A stretch of DNA of 64,000 nt, taken from positions 19,406,001 through 19,470,000 of the forward strand of contig CM022672.1 in NCBI GenBank assembly GCA_012295275.1, given 5' to 3'. Below are positions 11,035 to 24,242 of the stretch, in pieces (the first letter of the stretch is position 1; each line of letters opens with the position of its first letter). Source of the stretch: Chrysomallon squamiferum. Its lineage: Eukaryota; Animalia; Mollusca. The position numbers and the translations under genes are program-made. The notes below the pieces were generated by a model. That model made no database searches. It was not told the DNA's origin and saw only the letters and a list, made by a program, of their open reading frames with translations.

Positions 11035-12439
11035 CTTACTATTTTTTTTTTTTTCTTCTTCTTTTTCTTTCTCTTTCTTCCGCCACGTTGCTTCTTGTTT
11101 TTATTCATGCCCAGCGAATAAGAGGTGTTAGCTTTCAAGTGCTAACGACCCTATTAAAATATGGCTCGTTTCTTGTCTAGGGGTTTGCGCCTTTGGTGGA
11201 CCTGCTAACAGGTTTTGTTATAAATAAATAAATAACTCAAACTCTCTGTGGAGCATATACTGTTATACAGGTTATATCAAATTGATCAACAAATCAAACA
11301 GTGCATACCGAAACAGGATAACCATTTGTTCCTGCATCCATCTTAAACAAAGATAATGCAAAATATATTTACCAACACAGCTGCCTATAATGGCCGCCAA
11401 TTCCTTTCCCCACCAGTCTTCTCTGTGTTCTCTGTGTTTTTGGATCTCTTTTGTCTTTTATTTAAATAAACATGTCGCTGACTTCCCTTCTCGCTAATGT
11501 TCGTTAATTGTTAGGTGATTTCAATAATTGGATTACTGTTAACTAGCACTAGATGTTTAATTAATACATATTGTTAGGAATAAGTGTAGAAATGAATGGT
11601 TAACATATTTACTTACTTTAAGGATATATATATAGGTTAATTATGAGATGTTAAACTATATTAAAGTAAGCCATTTAGTTAATGATTAAATATGTTACTG
11701 ATATTTTCAGAAACTGTATGTTAAAAGTACAACAATATAAAGTATTATAATAAGTAAAAAAACAGCTACCAGCGAATTCTACAAGTAGGTATAAACTTCG
11801 ATCTGTGGCTTAGTAATTAAGTTGGGACCTAAATGCTATGTTAAAGAAACAGAAAACAGTACTTCTAATTATCACTGAGAAAACTTTCCACAGCTTGAAT
11901 GAGGCCCTATTATGGTATGACTAATGGCCATACTATGTCAGATAAAAAAATGGTTTACTGTCATAATATATTATTATTATTATCACTTGCGATTACTCTC
12001 TCATTACACTAAAAATAATTAAATAAATATATAAATAATAATTATAAAATAATTACCTCTGACTTGAAAATAAAAATATTTTTTAAATTATGTTAAATTT
12101 TTCAGTTACAAAAAAGGCAGCTCAGCATACAGGTTTTATTCTGAATGGTAGTGAAATAAGGGAATGTTTAAGCAATACAAGATAGGTTCAAATTAAATTC
12201 CAAAACTGGTGATGGTTCTATTCTTAAATCCAATACATCAGTGTGTGACTGGTTTCTGAAAATACAGTGACCAGTGTGAGGAAAGAACTGAACAACCTGG
12301 AAAAGAGTAACAGTTTTATTGTGTCACTGTTCTGAGATCTGTGCATGTTTCTCATTACATCTGCATCAGTATTTAAAAATATTTGTTTTTATTTAACTGC
12401 GTTTTGAATTTACATGATTATGAACATAAACATAACATT

Positions 12440-13265
12440 TAGACTTTGCTGCCAAAGACATGTGGTCAGAACATTTCATGGACAAAAGGGAACTGCTCAC
12501 AGATATAACCACATTCTCAGTGCTGACAGCAGCTTAGAAGAATGTCATTGCACTGTGGTTTATGCAGCAGAGGACCAGCTCCATTGTCTAGTGTGTTCTG
12601 ATACATGGATGGTAACTTTGCCCCAGAGTCCAAGCATATTTGAACTTTTCATGCGTTACATGCCCCTTTTGGTTAGCATGCTTTTTCCTGTATGTTTGCT
12701 TTCCTGCCAAGTAAGAGAAATGTTGCATGCAGTTGTGGACAATTTTTGTCACCGATTTCAAGTTTGGCAGCCATTTAGTAAGTGTTCTTGGTGTTAAGAC
12801 CTCAAGTGACAACACATGGGTGCTTCTATCATCTCAGTGACAGCAAATGGAGGATGGTACAAAAGATTGGTTTGTCTGTGCATCATCATGCTGATGAAGA
12901 GGTTAAGCATTTATGTGGCATGCTGGATGGTTGAGCGTTTTTTCCCTGAAGACAGAGTGCAGGATGAAATGCACTATCTTACAGGCCCTATACCTGAAGT
13001 GCTATACACATATACACTTGGAAACACAGCATTCCCCCACTTCTTTGGACGTCATGATTTTTCATTTGGAACAGTTCTGAATGGTCTAGGTAAGGACCAC
13101 TGTCACTGCTCAGATGAGGCAGCAAGCCCAGGGGCAACTGGCTAGAAAGCAGCCTCATGCAGGGAACTGCAAAAGAGACTCTATGCACTTTGCATGGACT
13201 TTGTTGAGGAGCACAGGACATTAGATGATGTCCTTGTTGCAGCTGCACATAGTTTTCAACTGGAA
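12440..13265 (+). mobile_element. Degenerate MULE (Mutator-like) transposase pseudogene
   Basis: Motifs across shifted frames: MDGNFA (~12605), CMFAFLPSK, FVTDF, GCFYHLS (12818), WRMVQKIGL, ADEEVKHLCGMLDG*AF.PEDRVQDEMHYL, ELQKRLYALC. These follow the MULE DDE domain order, with many frameshifts and stops. Confidence 0.78.
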
Positions 13266-14556
13266 TAAATACAAATCTTTATCATTCTTGACCATTTTTG
13301 AACTTTTGTGCTTAATTACATATTTTACTTTTTGAATAAATGATAATATTTATCATGTCAAAACTTTTTAAAATTTTGTAGCTGATACATAATCCACTTT
13401 TTAAATAAAAGTATTTCCCCATTAAAGTTGAGAGTAAAGGTCTAGTGAGCATTCCTCTTGGAATCAGTAAATGTTGAAAGATAACAAAACATAAATATAT
13501 TTAATTATTTTCATTCACTGCTTGGATTGTGATACAATGCACACATTTGCTCAGTTTTGAGGTTCTAATGTGAATAGTTTTATAATGTTTTACAATTCAT
13601 AATTTCCAGCAGGCAGTGGAGATATTAGAACTAATCTGCATATTTGATTAATTCCAAAAAAATTAAACATTTAAATTGTCATCCATTTCATAGAACCAGC
13701 AAATTCATTGGACCAGCAATTATAAATTTCAAGTCAAATAGGATTGTTTTACCTTAATATGATCACATAATATACAAATTCATTAAAATGGTAACATAAA
13801 CTAATACATACTTTCATTCACACGATCCGATAAATTAGGAATTCTTTCACATGATTTCCTCTTAGTAACTAACAATGATAAAAACATGTTGGTTTTTCAC
13901 AAAACACTGTTAATTCTGTTCTCATAATATTTGTTAATTAAATATTAAATGCTGTATCAAATATCCAATTCACACAGAAAGGAATGAACACAATGAATAC
14001 AAAACAGTTATAAAAATGATATTAGAAAATAATAAACAATTTCATTTTTTCTGAACACTGTTCAGAACAACAAGGTCTTCTAAAGACAATTCGTATTTCT
14101 GTAGTTAAAAGAACAGATGAAATGACATACCACAGAGCAAAAATTGCATGTACTTCAATAACTTTATAATAAAGATCTTACACAACTCTATATAAAAGGG
14201 ATACACCTATACTCTGCCCTTTCTAATGTTTTGTTATCATACTGATTCCCTGATATCTATGCATTTCTTTGAGAAAAGCTAAAAGACACATTTCAGAGGC
14301 AATGCAACATGGTTCAATGACAAGCACTTTTTCAAACTTAAATTTATTCATTAATTCTCACTAACTCATCCAATTAAAGAAGTCTGTAATTCAGCATACC
14401 TTTTGTTATTCTGTTAAAACAATCAGGCAAGCCCTGGGGTATTTTGGAGCTAGTACTGAGATCTGGTGCCTGTGGTAATCTCTGAAAACACATTTTATCA
14501 CCCATCTTGTAATAAAGCAGTTGATATTCTTGATTCTGTGAAATGTTCTCATATCT

Positions 14557-16212
14557 TTAACTTGTAAAATATTCAAGATGTACAGCAAAATACAACCACA
14601 ATAACAGTACTGCAATGAGCATAAAATATTCGACAAGAAGGTTTTTGCACATTTCTTTAATAGTTTCATCATCTGTATTTAGACATGGAGCAGTGTAGTT
14701 TTCTTCATTGTGCACATTTGTTTCCTCTACAAATCTGACTTCAGCTTTTGTCTGACCTTCTTCCTCTCTGATTGGAGTTCTGTGTTTTTTAAAGGCTTTA
14801 GGTTCATATATCTGTTTAACAGGACGTTTATCCAAACTTGACTCGCGCTCCAATTCACTGACCATCAGTGAAATCAAATCTGTGTTTTCATTTTCTCTGT
14901 TCACGGTTCTGCTCACTGCACTGTCTCCTCCTGTGACAGATTTGTTATTTTTGCTATTACCTGTTTCACACTGCACGTCAGTTGGTGCAGATATCTTGTC
15001 TTTGTTACCCAGCTCTGTTTTCTTGGTCTCACTGACTGAGCTCTGGGTCAGTTTGTTACATCTGGAAGTTTTCACTGCCGGCGAATCAGAGGTATCAGTT
15101 AAAGAGAAATAGTATTCAGGAGTTTTTAAATTCAGTTTAACTGATGTGTCTACACTGAGCTCTTGTAGTGATTTTTCTCCTTCCTCTATGGTAGCTAGAC
15201 TTCCTTCCATGGTATCAGTCAGCAGAAGCAGATCCAGACTGCCAACTCTGGCAATAACATCATCGCAGAATGTTATCATGTCGGTTGCCGATGTCATCAG
15301 TGCCTGTACAACATCTGATGCATGATGGTATTTTTCCTTTTGTTTATCACAATAGCTGTTAATTTGCTTGACAATTTTTTCTCCTTCCTCTTTAATTTTT
15401 GAAATGAAACTGTTGACTTCGTCCAGCTTGCTGTTCTCAGAGAACTGGCGCTTGTGTTCCATGGATAATAATCTATTAGACTGTTGTTCTAATGAATTTA
15501 AAAGCTTCCTGCTTTTATGGATAATTGTTATCAAGTCACTTTTTGCAGATTCTGCTGCAAAACTGACTGAAGTTGTGTCATGACCCATGTGGTTCGCAGT
15601 CATACACTGAACACACACCAAACTTTTGCAGGATTTACAATAAATCATCAATTCTTCTTTGTGCTCAGCACAGCATTTTCGCTTGGCTAAAATGTCCATG
15701 TCGTATTTGCCTTTAGCTAAATCTTTGCGCAAAACTACTCTGTGATTGCTTGTTACACTTGAAGAAAGATGTTGTTTGGAACACGTTTTGCAGAGAAAAT
15801 CTAAACAATCTAAACACTGACTTAAAGAATTGACTCTCTTCCCATTTAACAAGCAGACAGAACAGAATTTCTGAACTGAAGCAGAAGGAAACATTTCGCC
15901 GAGTCTAGCAAAGAAAAGGTTTTTGTGAAGGCCATCAACTCCTCTTTCTGGAAGAGATGAGGGCATTTTACACTCCGGACACTTAATTGTGTTGTCAGTG
16001 ATGTTTTCTTTGGCAAGCTGAATGAGACAAGCTTTACAGTATGTGTGAAGACAAGAAAGCATCCTTGGATCTTTGTGAACATTCTTACAAAAGTCACATC
16101 GAGGTAATGTGTTGGAGAGTACATCAAAAACTCCAGACCTCTTTTCCATCTTGTTAAAATGGTACTTGTAAACATTTGCCTGTATTTCGCTATATTCCAA
16201 TAATTCTGACAT
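14557..16212 (-). CDS. TRIM-B E3 ubiquitin ligase (RING, B-box1, B-box2, coiled coil, disordered linker, C-terminal hydrophobic/transmembrane tail); single coding exon
   Basis: RING CDFC..PRMLSCLHTYCKAC..IKCPEC..LPERGVDGLHKN; B-box1 CSVC..CLDCLDFLCKTCSKQH..H; B-box2 CAEHKEELMIYCKSCKSLVCVQCMTANHMGH; tail LLVEYFMLIAVLLLWLYFAVHL. The acceptor ttgttaattgCAG lies immediately before ATG 16212, so the track's TTG start at 16218 is intronic. Confidence 0.92.
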   Translation of the reverse strand: MSELLEYSEIQANVYKYHFNKMEKRSGVFDVLSNTLPRCDFCKNVHKDPRMLSCLHTYCKACLIQLAKENITDNTIKCPECKMPSSLPERGVDGLHKNLFFARLGEMFPSASVQKFCSVCLLNGKRVNSLSQCLDCLDFLCKTCSKQHLSSSVTSNHRVVLRKDLAKGKYDMDILAKRKCCAEHKEELMIYCKSCKSLVCVQCMTANHMGHDTTSVSFAAESAKSDLITIIHKSRKLLNSLEQQSNRLLSMEHKRQFSENSKLDEVNSFISKIKEEGEKIVKQINSYCDKQKEKYHHASDVVQALMTSATDMITFCDDVIARVGSLDLLLLTDTMEGSLATIEEGEKSLQELSVDTSVKLNLKTPEYYFSLTDTSDSPAVKTSRCNKLTQSSVSETKKTELGNKDKISAPTDVQCETGNSKNNKSVTGGDSAVSRTVNRENENTDLISLMVSELERESSLDKRPVKQIYEPKAFKKHRTPIREEEGQTKAEVRFVEETNVHNEENYTAPCLNTDDETIKEMCKNLLVEYFMLIAVLLLWLYFAVHLEYFTS

Positions 16213-17229
16213 CTGCAATTAACAATATATTTCTTTACCATTATTTATTATTACTCTGCCTTAAATCAAATATATATATATATATATTTTGGTGTTTTTT
16301 TTGTTTTTTTTGTAAAGATATCCAAACAAAATAAATACAAAAACTGAAGTGATAATACGTATGAACTGTGTTTCTATCTACACCTATTTTATTTATTTTT
16401 AAAATCTTAAACCTTCAAGATGTGGTTCAAAAATTAAAATATGAATAAATAAAATTTAAGAAAATATAACACATTTGGCTTGACACATTTACCAGTTTTG
16501 TGTACTTTTATTATATTAAATTGTACCATTTGCTTATCATTATTTACTTATTTATTTATTATTTATTTATTCATTTATTTATTCCATTTAACTTAATGAA
16601 GTTGTTTCTGAAAAATACTTGTATTTTTATTTATAAATGTTTAAAAACGAAAAATATACTTCCCAGTATTTTTCATTTAGATAAAATAACATTTTTAAAA
16701 TAACAAATGCTCAAATTTTGCCCTCTGCATTTTTACATGCCATATAAAACTGTTTTTACTCTGTAATATTATATATATACATGTGTATATGGTTTGTACT
16801 TACTTCTGGGACACCCTGTATAATCATAGCACAAATCAGACTCATAAACAAAAATGATGAAAAAGATTTTTTTTTTTTTATTTTTTTTTTTTAAATAATT
16901 TAAAAAAGAGAAGGAATTTGCATACCTTCCAACAAGCAAATATAAGCTGCTACTTTTATAACTGAAATGATAAATCTGGTTAATTTGACACATGGAAGGA
17001 AACATATTTTAATTATTCTGATATCAAAAGAACAGTTCAAAGCCAAAAAAAAAAAAAAAAAAAAAAAAAAAACTTTTTATTTGAATTTACAAACCTTGCT
17101 TTACAGATTACCAAGATGAAATTTATACAAATAATTTAGTTTTAAATATATAAATGATTATGCTCGCTATGAGAGAATCATTCATATTCATGTAGATGAA
17201 ACAGTTTACCAACCTACTGTTTCATGTAA

Positions 17230-17377
17230 TACAGTACCTACAATGTATGGACACTTTTTCAAGTCCTGACCGTTTTTTTCAAAAGAATAGTCAATTGGAT
17301 CAGCAGACCTACTGAACATGGACACTTTTGCTTGTCCCCTCATGTGACCTACCAGATACTAGATAGGTACCACTGTA
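17230..17377. mobile_element. Small Tigger/pogo-like MITE remnant
   Basis: Ends ta-cagtacct ... aggtaccactg-ta (TA target site, CAGT-type TIR), with internal repeat atggacactttt twice. Confidence 0.55.
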
Positions 17378-17920
17378 TTACATAATTAAGTTACTGAATC
17401 CAATAAAAAAAATAATAATAATAAAAAAATACTACTACTACTACTATTTCTTCTTCTTCTTCTTCTTCTTATTATTATTATTATTTATATACATTATAGT
17501 TTAATTATCTTTTCTATGATCAAGTAAATCACTAAATGCATTCGAATTCATATATACGATATCTCGTAACCTGTTTATTTCGTTCTTCCGCGGAAGTTAC
17601 GGTAAGGAACATGATCATGCATGTTATTATTATTATTAATATATAATAAACTTATAAAGTCTGTTCATCTTTTTTCTAACGAATTAAAAAACAACAACTG
17701 AGATTTTATGTCTAGTGTGATGTGTTCAAAAATAAATTTTAAGCGGAAAGACTTTTCTCATGACGAGATTTAAAAAAAAGAAAAAAAAAAGAAAAAAAAG
17801 CTATGAAGAGTTTGCGGCCCTTTCGTTTAATCGTAACCTATTTCTTTCATGAAACATATTGGAATATTGAATTTCATGTAACATATATTTAGCATATAGC
17901 TTCATATAATAGTCTACTCA

Positions 17921-18120
17921 CCTAGTTTCTAAGAGTAAATCTTACTAAGACGACTTAATTATAAGTGACACCCAATAATTTAACCATAAATATAAAGCCA
18001 AAGGGCTTAAATTTATCAACGATACAAATTAATGGGAAGCGTAGTTGTCGATCAGTCCAAATATGAAATTAGGGGCATGGTTAGCCAAGAAAACCTTCCG
18101 CAGTGGGTTACGTCAAAAAC
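17921..18120 (-). promoter_or_regulatory. Candidate non-coding first exon and promoter of TRIM-B
   Basis: Strong donor ctag|GTGAGT at 17921 (minus strand); locally CpG-richer; CRE/ATF-like TTACGTCA at 18108-18115. Confidence 0.4.
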
Positions 18121-19039
18121 TATTCTATACCCAAAATAAGCAGAGACAGACAACCCCAAACACGACTAACATTTATTTTAAAGAAATATTTTAAATCACT
18201 AAAACACGCACTATAGGAAGAATATATGGAGGCATCACCCCTTTTTAATAATGTTTCTAGTTAAATGTGTCTAACAACAAAAGTCCTATTAAACAAACAA
18301 ACGAACGGCTGAATATTAATTATTATTATTTATTAGGTGTAGGAATAGTTAGGGGCCGATTACGCTTTAGGTAAAACAATATGTAAACGTTTATAATTTA
18401 GAATTATACATTTTATAATTTCTTGGCATTGCTATCTCTTTGTCACTGCCTCAGCAAACCAAATCCTAAAGATGGCATTCAGTTCAGCTTGAATATCATT
18501 CATCTGTCATATGTATGTATATATATATATATATTATTAATTGATTTATTCCTGGGAAATTCCTCATAATAATAATAAAAGAAGTGGTATTAGTACTAAC
18601 AGTTTCTGTATTAGCAACAGACACATAGTATTAGGTGGGGTAGGGTTTAGTGACATGGAGGCTGTTGCTTCTACTGGAAGCATGAAAAGGGCTATCAGTT
18701 TTGGAAGACAGGGAGGGGAGGTGCAGTTTGTAGGAAAAATGGATGGTAGATAAGGGTTCACAGTGTAGGGTGGCACTTTAGGTGGTATCCTCCCAAAAGG
18801 TAGGTATAATATGGTCAATAGTCATACAATCTGGAAAACAGTCAAGCAGGAAGTAAGCTGGGCACCCCAGTTTGGGGAATAATCAACTAGTTTTGGCAGT
18901 GGGCAGCATGCATTCACGGTTACTCCAATTATGTGGAGATGTTGCTCTTAAATGGGAGAAGGTGTTTGAAGGAGACATGTTTTGATAGTGGATCCTCAGG
19001 GCTGCCAAACTAGCTCTACTACCACAAGACAAAATTAAA

Positions 19040-19573
19040 GACGACTGGATTGAAACCATGGACTCGACACCAAATGTTCATCGTGCCCAAGAGTTCAATG
19101 ACTACAACATCATCAACTGGATTGATGATGATACTTGCTTTCCCCTGCCGCTCTGAAACCACCATAAGACCAATTGGCCACGCACCAACAACAATCTGCA
19201 TCAGTTGCAGCAGAGAGTCAAGGCGACCCATCAGTTCTTAGATGCTGTAGGCCACTGATTTTCAACCTTTTTCATAACGCAACCCCATATGAACAACTCA
19301 GTATGACAGATGACCCCCTTTAAAAATGTTGGTTCAATAATATCTAGGGTTACCATGTTTTTATCAACCAAAGACAGTACAAAAAGAATCTATATTCACT
19401 GTGACGGGTCCGAAACCTATCTACACATTTTTATTTATTCCTCCTTCCAAGTCAAGTTGAAAAAAGCTAAAACATACCCTTGCTCAAGAACAATCTCGCA
19501 ATCCCCAGAAAAATGGCTGGCAACCCCCAGGTTGAAAACCTATGCTGTAGGCTATCTACTGAAACTTAAGTGA
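19040..19573 (+). mobile_element. Second MULE transposase remnant (C-terminal part), interrupted by a hAT MITE
   Basis: Translation gives EFNDYNIINWIDDDTCFPLPL*NHHKTNWPRTNNNL (the MULE W..RTNN motif). After removing 19253-19552 it continues FLDAVGYLLKLK*. Confidence 0.65.
19253..19544. mobile_element. hAT (Charlie-like) MITE, 292 bp, with 8-bp target-site duplication
   Basis: TSD ctgtaggc at 19245-19252 and 19545-19552; TIRs cactgattttcaacc ... ggttgaaaacctatg. Confidence 0.85.
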
Positions 19574-22500
19574 TCAAGTATCTGGATAAAATAAAGTGTA
19601 TAAATAATTATAAACTTTTCTTTCATTTATTTATTGCTGGTAGTCAGTCGTACAATGTACAACAATGTGGGATCATACCATTTTTTATCTGGGTAATGGG
19701 CAGATGATTAAGTGTGCACCAAACCTTTTTATTTTATTTATTTATCCTAGGGCAGATCCAACTTTTCTGATGAGTGCAGCCCATGACAAAAAGAGCACCA
19801 TAACATTATGAAACAGCACTATTGAAAAATTACACACAGTTCACACGGACCATAATAGTACTACAACAGGAACCCTGGCAGATATATTCTATGGTGTTCT
19901 ATACAATGATAGACATTTTAAAACACCCCCAAATTCCTAAATAAAACTTCTCAGATTTGAAGGGGGGTATGGGTGTCCCAGTTATCATCAAGTTGGAACA
20001 GATTTGTAATCATTCTAATTCCTAAATATTAAATAAAATAAAACTAATAATAATAAAAGGTGAATTTGTATTCTGTAGAAAACGAAAATATTTAAGATGC
20101 AAAAATTTGATGATTCAGCATGAAAACTGGGAAATACCAATTGCTAAACATCAATTTTTGAAAAAAAAATTATTGTTTAAACTAACAAATTAAAAACACC
20201 AAGTTTGACTAGTTTCCTAGAGGTCAGATTTGAAACAGACTCCAGTCTACCACAGTGGACGTCTCACGTCTTGTCATGTAATTTTTCTCTATACTTAGAG
20301 TTCATAAATAATTCCTCTGTATCTATATATGTATGTTTGTTTTTGTTTTATATGTGCGTGACATGTTTCAGTGTATGAATGAATACGAAATTGCTAATAT
20401 AGAAATCTGAACATAAAGATAAAATAAAAATAACAGACAAAGAATAAATTCATTCATTTATTAATGTCAGGATTTCTCTTTCAATGAAAACTCCTGTGTA
20501 ACAGCTATGCATTTACAGAAATAAACCAGTCTAATGTATTTCAGACATTTAGTGTGAAACAACACTATGACCTAATTCTGCATGCAAAAAAAAAAAAACC
20601 CCAAAAAACTAAATTTAAAAAAAAACAAAACCCCCCAAAAACAATTAAAAAAATAAAAATAAAATAAAATAAAATAAATATTTAAAAGAAAGCTCTTCTA
20701 AGTTAACACATTCCAAAACACTGATAGTAACACCTTCAGATGAAAAGCTTTCACTGTTTATATAATCTGTGTATAAATGTAAGTTAATATAAATGTATAG
20801 CACTGAAAAAAGACAATCCACTTGTCTGCTATCCTTAAATTTCAAGAACATTTTTTTTTTTTAATTTATATAATATTTTATACTTTTAAATAAATTTTCT
20901 TTTAAAAATAATCCTTTGCAGAAATGGCACATTAATACTGTTAACCATCGATTATTTTAAGCACATCTGCCAACATACACATACGAATGACATTGTTGTC
21001 AAGATCTGATGGGGTTATGTTGATTTGATTTATTAGGTTTCAAAATTCTGAGCTGTTTTAACAAACGTCGTGATAGACAAGTTTGCTGAAAGGGAATTTA
21101 GAGCTAAGAATAATAATGAATACAATGAATTAAAACAGATAATGCACTTAAAAATACAGATTAGTGAAATGATCAATAACTTTCTCCTCATGGGAAGTCA
21201 GTGAATTATTTCTCACATAACAGTCAGTCCAGAACTGAGAGAAGTTAAATGTAGTTTATCAGTATTAGTAAATTATTTCTGTCCCCAAATCTATCTTATT
21301 AATTCTGGTTAGTTTATTAAAATGTCCTAAATTGTGCAGAAATATACAGATTATACACCACTGGTATTAGAGTTTCATTTATTTTTTATTCAGGTTTGAC
21401 AAATATTAAACTATTGAACTATTACAAAATACAAAAAGCAAATATTCCAAAAGGGACATAACTCTCCCAGTACTGAACTGGAAGACTAAATACACTGCCA
21501 AACTTAACAAAAACTATGTGAATCTTGATTAAAGTCCAAAGTCATTCAGAGAAGACATTTAATAAGAAAAAAAATTATATCATGTAATTAATACAAAGTT
21601 ATCCTAATTACATCCAGTGTTTTAAAAATAACAATACTTTCCAATCTATTTTGCCTGGGATTTTCAATTCTTTTTAATTTTTAATTGTTTTTGTTACAAT
21701 AAAAAAAAAACAAAAAAAAAAACATCTTATAATGATTTCACCACAGTGCAGACCCCCACCCCCAGTATATTCTGAAAGTGTTGTAAAACAGAATGAAAAT
21801 ATATAAGTGCAATAACGACTTCAGAAAGACATTATCTAAAAAGTGACAAAACATACAGTAACAATGTGCTGAATATGTACAAATTATATATTATAAAACA
21901 AGTTATTATGAAGCATTGTTAACATATAATATATATTACACAGTAACAAAACTATGGATTACAAACATTATATTACACTATTAATTTTTATTATTTTTTT
22001 TTTGTTGTAAAAATAAACTATAACAATTAAGTAATCTGGAGGGATTGAGCCACACATTTACATGAGATTCAGTTTATGTGATTTATTTCACTGAAGTATG
22101 AGTATTTTTAAAAATTTTATTCTTATTTTTATTTTCTAAAAATTAAATATATATATATATATATATAAATGTTTTTACAAAAAAAAAAAAAAAAAGGAAA
22201 CCCAAATCATTTTAAAAAAAATGGTTTATAGTAATCCCATAATAATTCATACAATAATTTTTTTGGTTCAAGGAAATAAACTTTATAATGATTTTTTTTT
22301 TTACAAACTTGCAATAGTTAAGAGCATGAACAAGATGGTTTTAATATGTTTAGCTTGAAATTTTGGTTACAAGTTTTATATATATAATTTTGATTGTAAA
22401 CTGTCCGTAAAGAAACTTCATAAGAAAGAAAAATCAAATAACTGAACATTAATAAAGTCTTAATATGTTTACAAAACAAGTGATTTATCTTCTTACAAAA

Positions 22501-24242
22501 ATATATTAATATATTAAAATTTTCATGGGCTAGTATACCACCTTACTGGAGTAAAACAGTTTTATAAAAAGAAGAAAAAGCTAAAACAAAAAAGAAAGAC
22601 CAACAATATAAAAACTGCAATTAATTAACAATTAAAATGTACTGCTTTATTATATTTAAAAATTTATTCCAGTTTTATTTGGTTTAAAAAAAAAAAAACA
22701 CAAATTAAAATTATTTGTATTGCAGTTTGGATGCTAAAAAAAAATGACCAAAAATAAAATGATACGTTTGTAAAAGTAGACATTTCATCAAATACAGTTG
22801 ATGGTAAATGAAAATGCCCATTTGTTGTAACACTAAAAAAATAACCTATCTGGAAAAGACAGCTGCAATCATTTTCATTTAATGTGATCTTACTGATGGA
22901 CGAAAGCAGTATTTTACGAAATCAGATCACTCAACACTTTAAATGTTGATGAAAATGAAGTTGCAAACTGACTATTTTTTGATGACTACTCTGATCATCT
23001 GATAGTCAGAAAGATGCAAGTGCATAAGAATAAATAAAACAAAACAAAACAGAATAATAATAATAATAATATCAGTAATTCAGATGAGAGAAATTCTTAA
23101 ACTTAAATCTGTTTGAGACTTCTGTACAATTTCTTTTTTTGTTTGTTGTTAATCATTTGAATGAGAAAGATGTAAATGCATAAGAATATAATTTAAAAAA
23201 CCCAAAACATGTTGATGAAGGAAGTTCTTTTCTTCATCAGTTAAATCCATAAAAGGTACTCAACATAAAAAAAGCTATGTTGGGGGCTTTATTATGATTT
23301 TTACTTCTTTTTTTTTCTTCAACATAATGCAACTCAGGTAAAAGATTGTGAATGGATTTGGTCTGGCTCTTACATTTAGTTTGTCTTTGTGGTGAATTTC
23401 ATTAGTGCAGAATCATCCTCATTTATAATAAATGTAAAAACAGAATAACGTGTTTTTAGAATACATGTAGTTAATCAATGTCACCTAATTGTGACATATT
23501 AAGATAACAAATGGGAAAATGTTTTTATTATGCTCAACAAAAATGAATGCATAATAGCAAAGCGTTTTATCACAAATAATAAAAACAGTGTGAACTGATA
23601 ATAAAATACCTGATCTGTCACTGTTGTAAGTAGGCAGAAAACATATTCTACAAAAAAGTGTATAAGAAGATCATACATTTTAACTCGCTGACAAACAAAA
23701 TTTCTTGGCTTTCATTTTTGTTTTGATCTTAATTTCTTTTGATCTTTGTACTAAAGGTAAGTTTATGAGGTATGCTAAACTTTAAAAAAATAAAATAAAA
23801 TGCAACAAAACAAAACCAACAACAATGACCAATAAAAAGCCACAGGGAAACACAACCTTTCTTCAAAGAATTTTAACAAAATGGGGACAAAAACATAATG
23901 GTTAACAAAATATACAATACATCAAATGAACTAGTAACTTTAAAACAGCAACACACAAACATAAATTCATCCTTCCCAATGATAAGATATAAATTTTAAT
24001 TTGTATCACCGATATTATCTAACAATGTTATCTAAATTGGTCATTAAATGTTCATAAGTCTAAGACAGAATCACTTTTAGAAAAGTTTTTTTTGTATCTG
24101 AATAAAAAAAAACAAGAGCATGAGAACCAAGAGAAATGAATAAAACAAAGCAAGTTGAGCACAGTTTTCACATGCTGAACAGGCAGAGATGAATTGAGAC
24201 AAGGTTAAAGAAAATGCAGGTTGAGCCCACTCTTGTTGAACA

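Noticed and set aside
10716-11180. ORFs of 140 aa (-) and 74 aa (+)
   Set aside because: They run through the tRNA-Gly gene and its poly-T tract and are artefacts.
12414-13248. Four short ORFs as independent genes
   Set aside because: They are fragments or antisense frames of a frameshifted MULE transposase.
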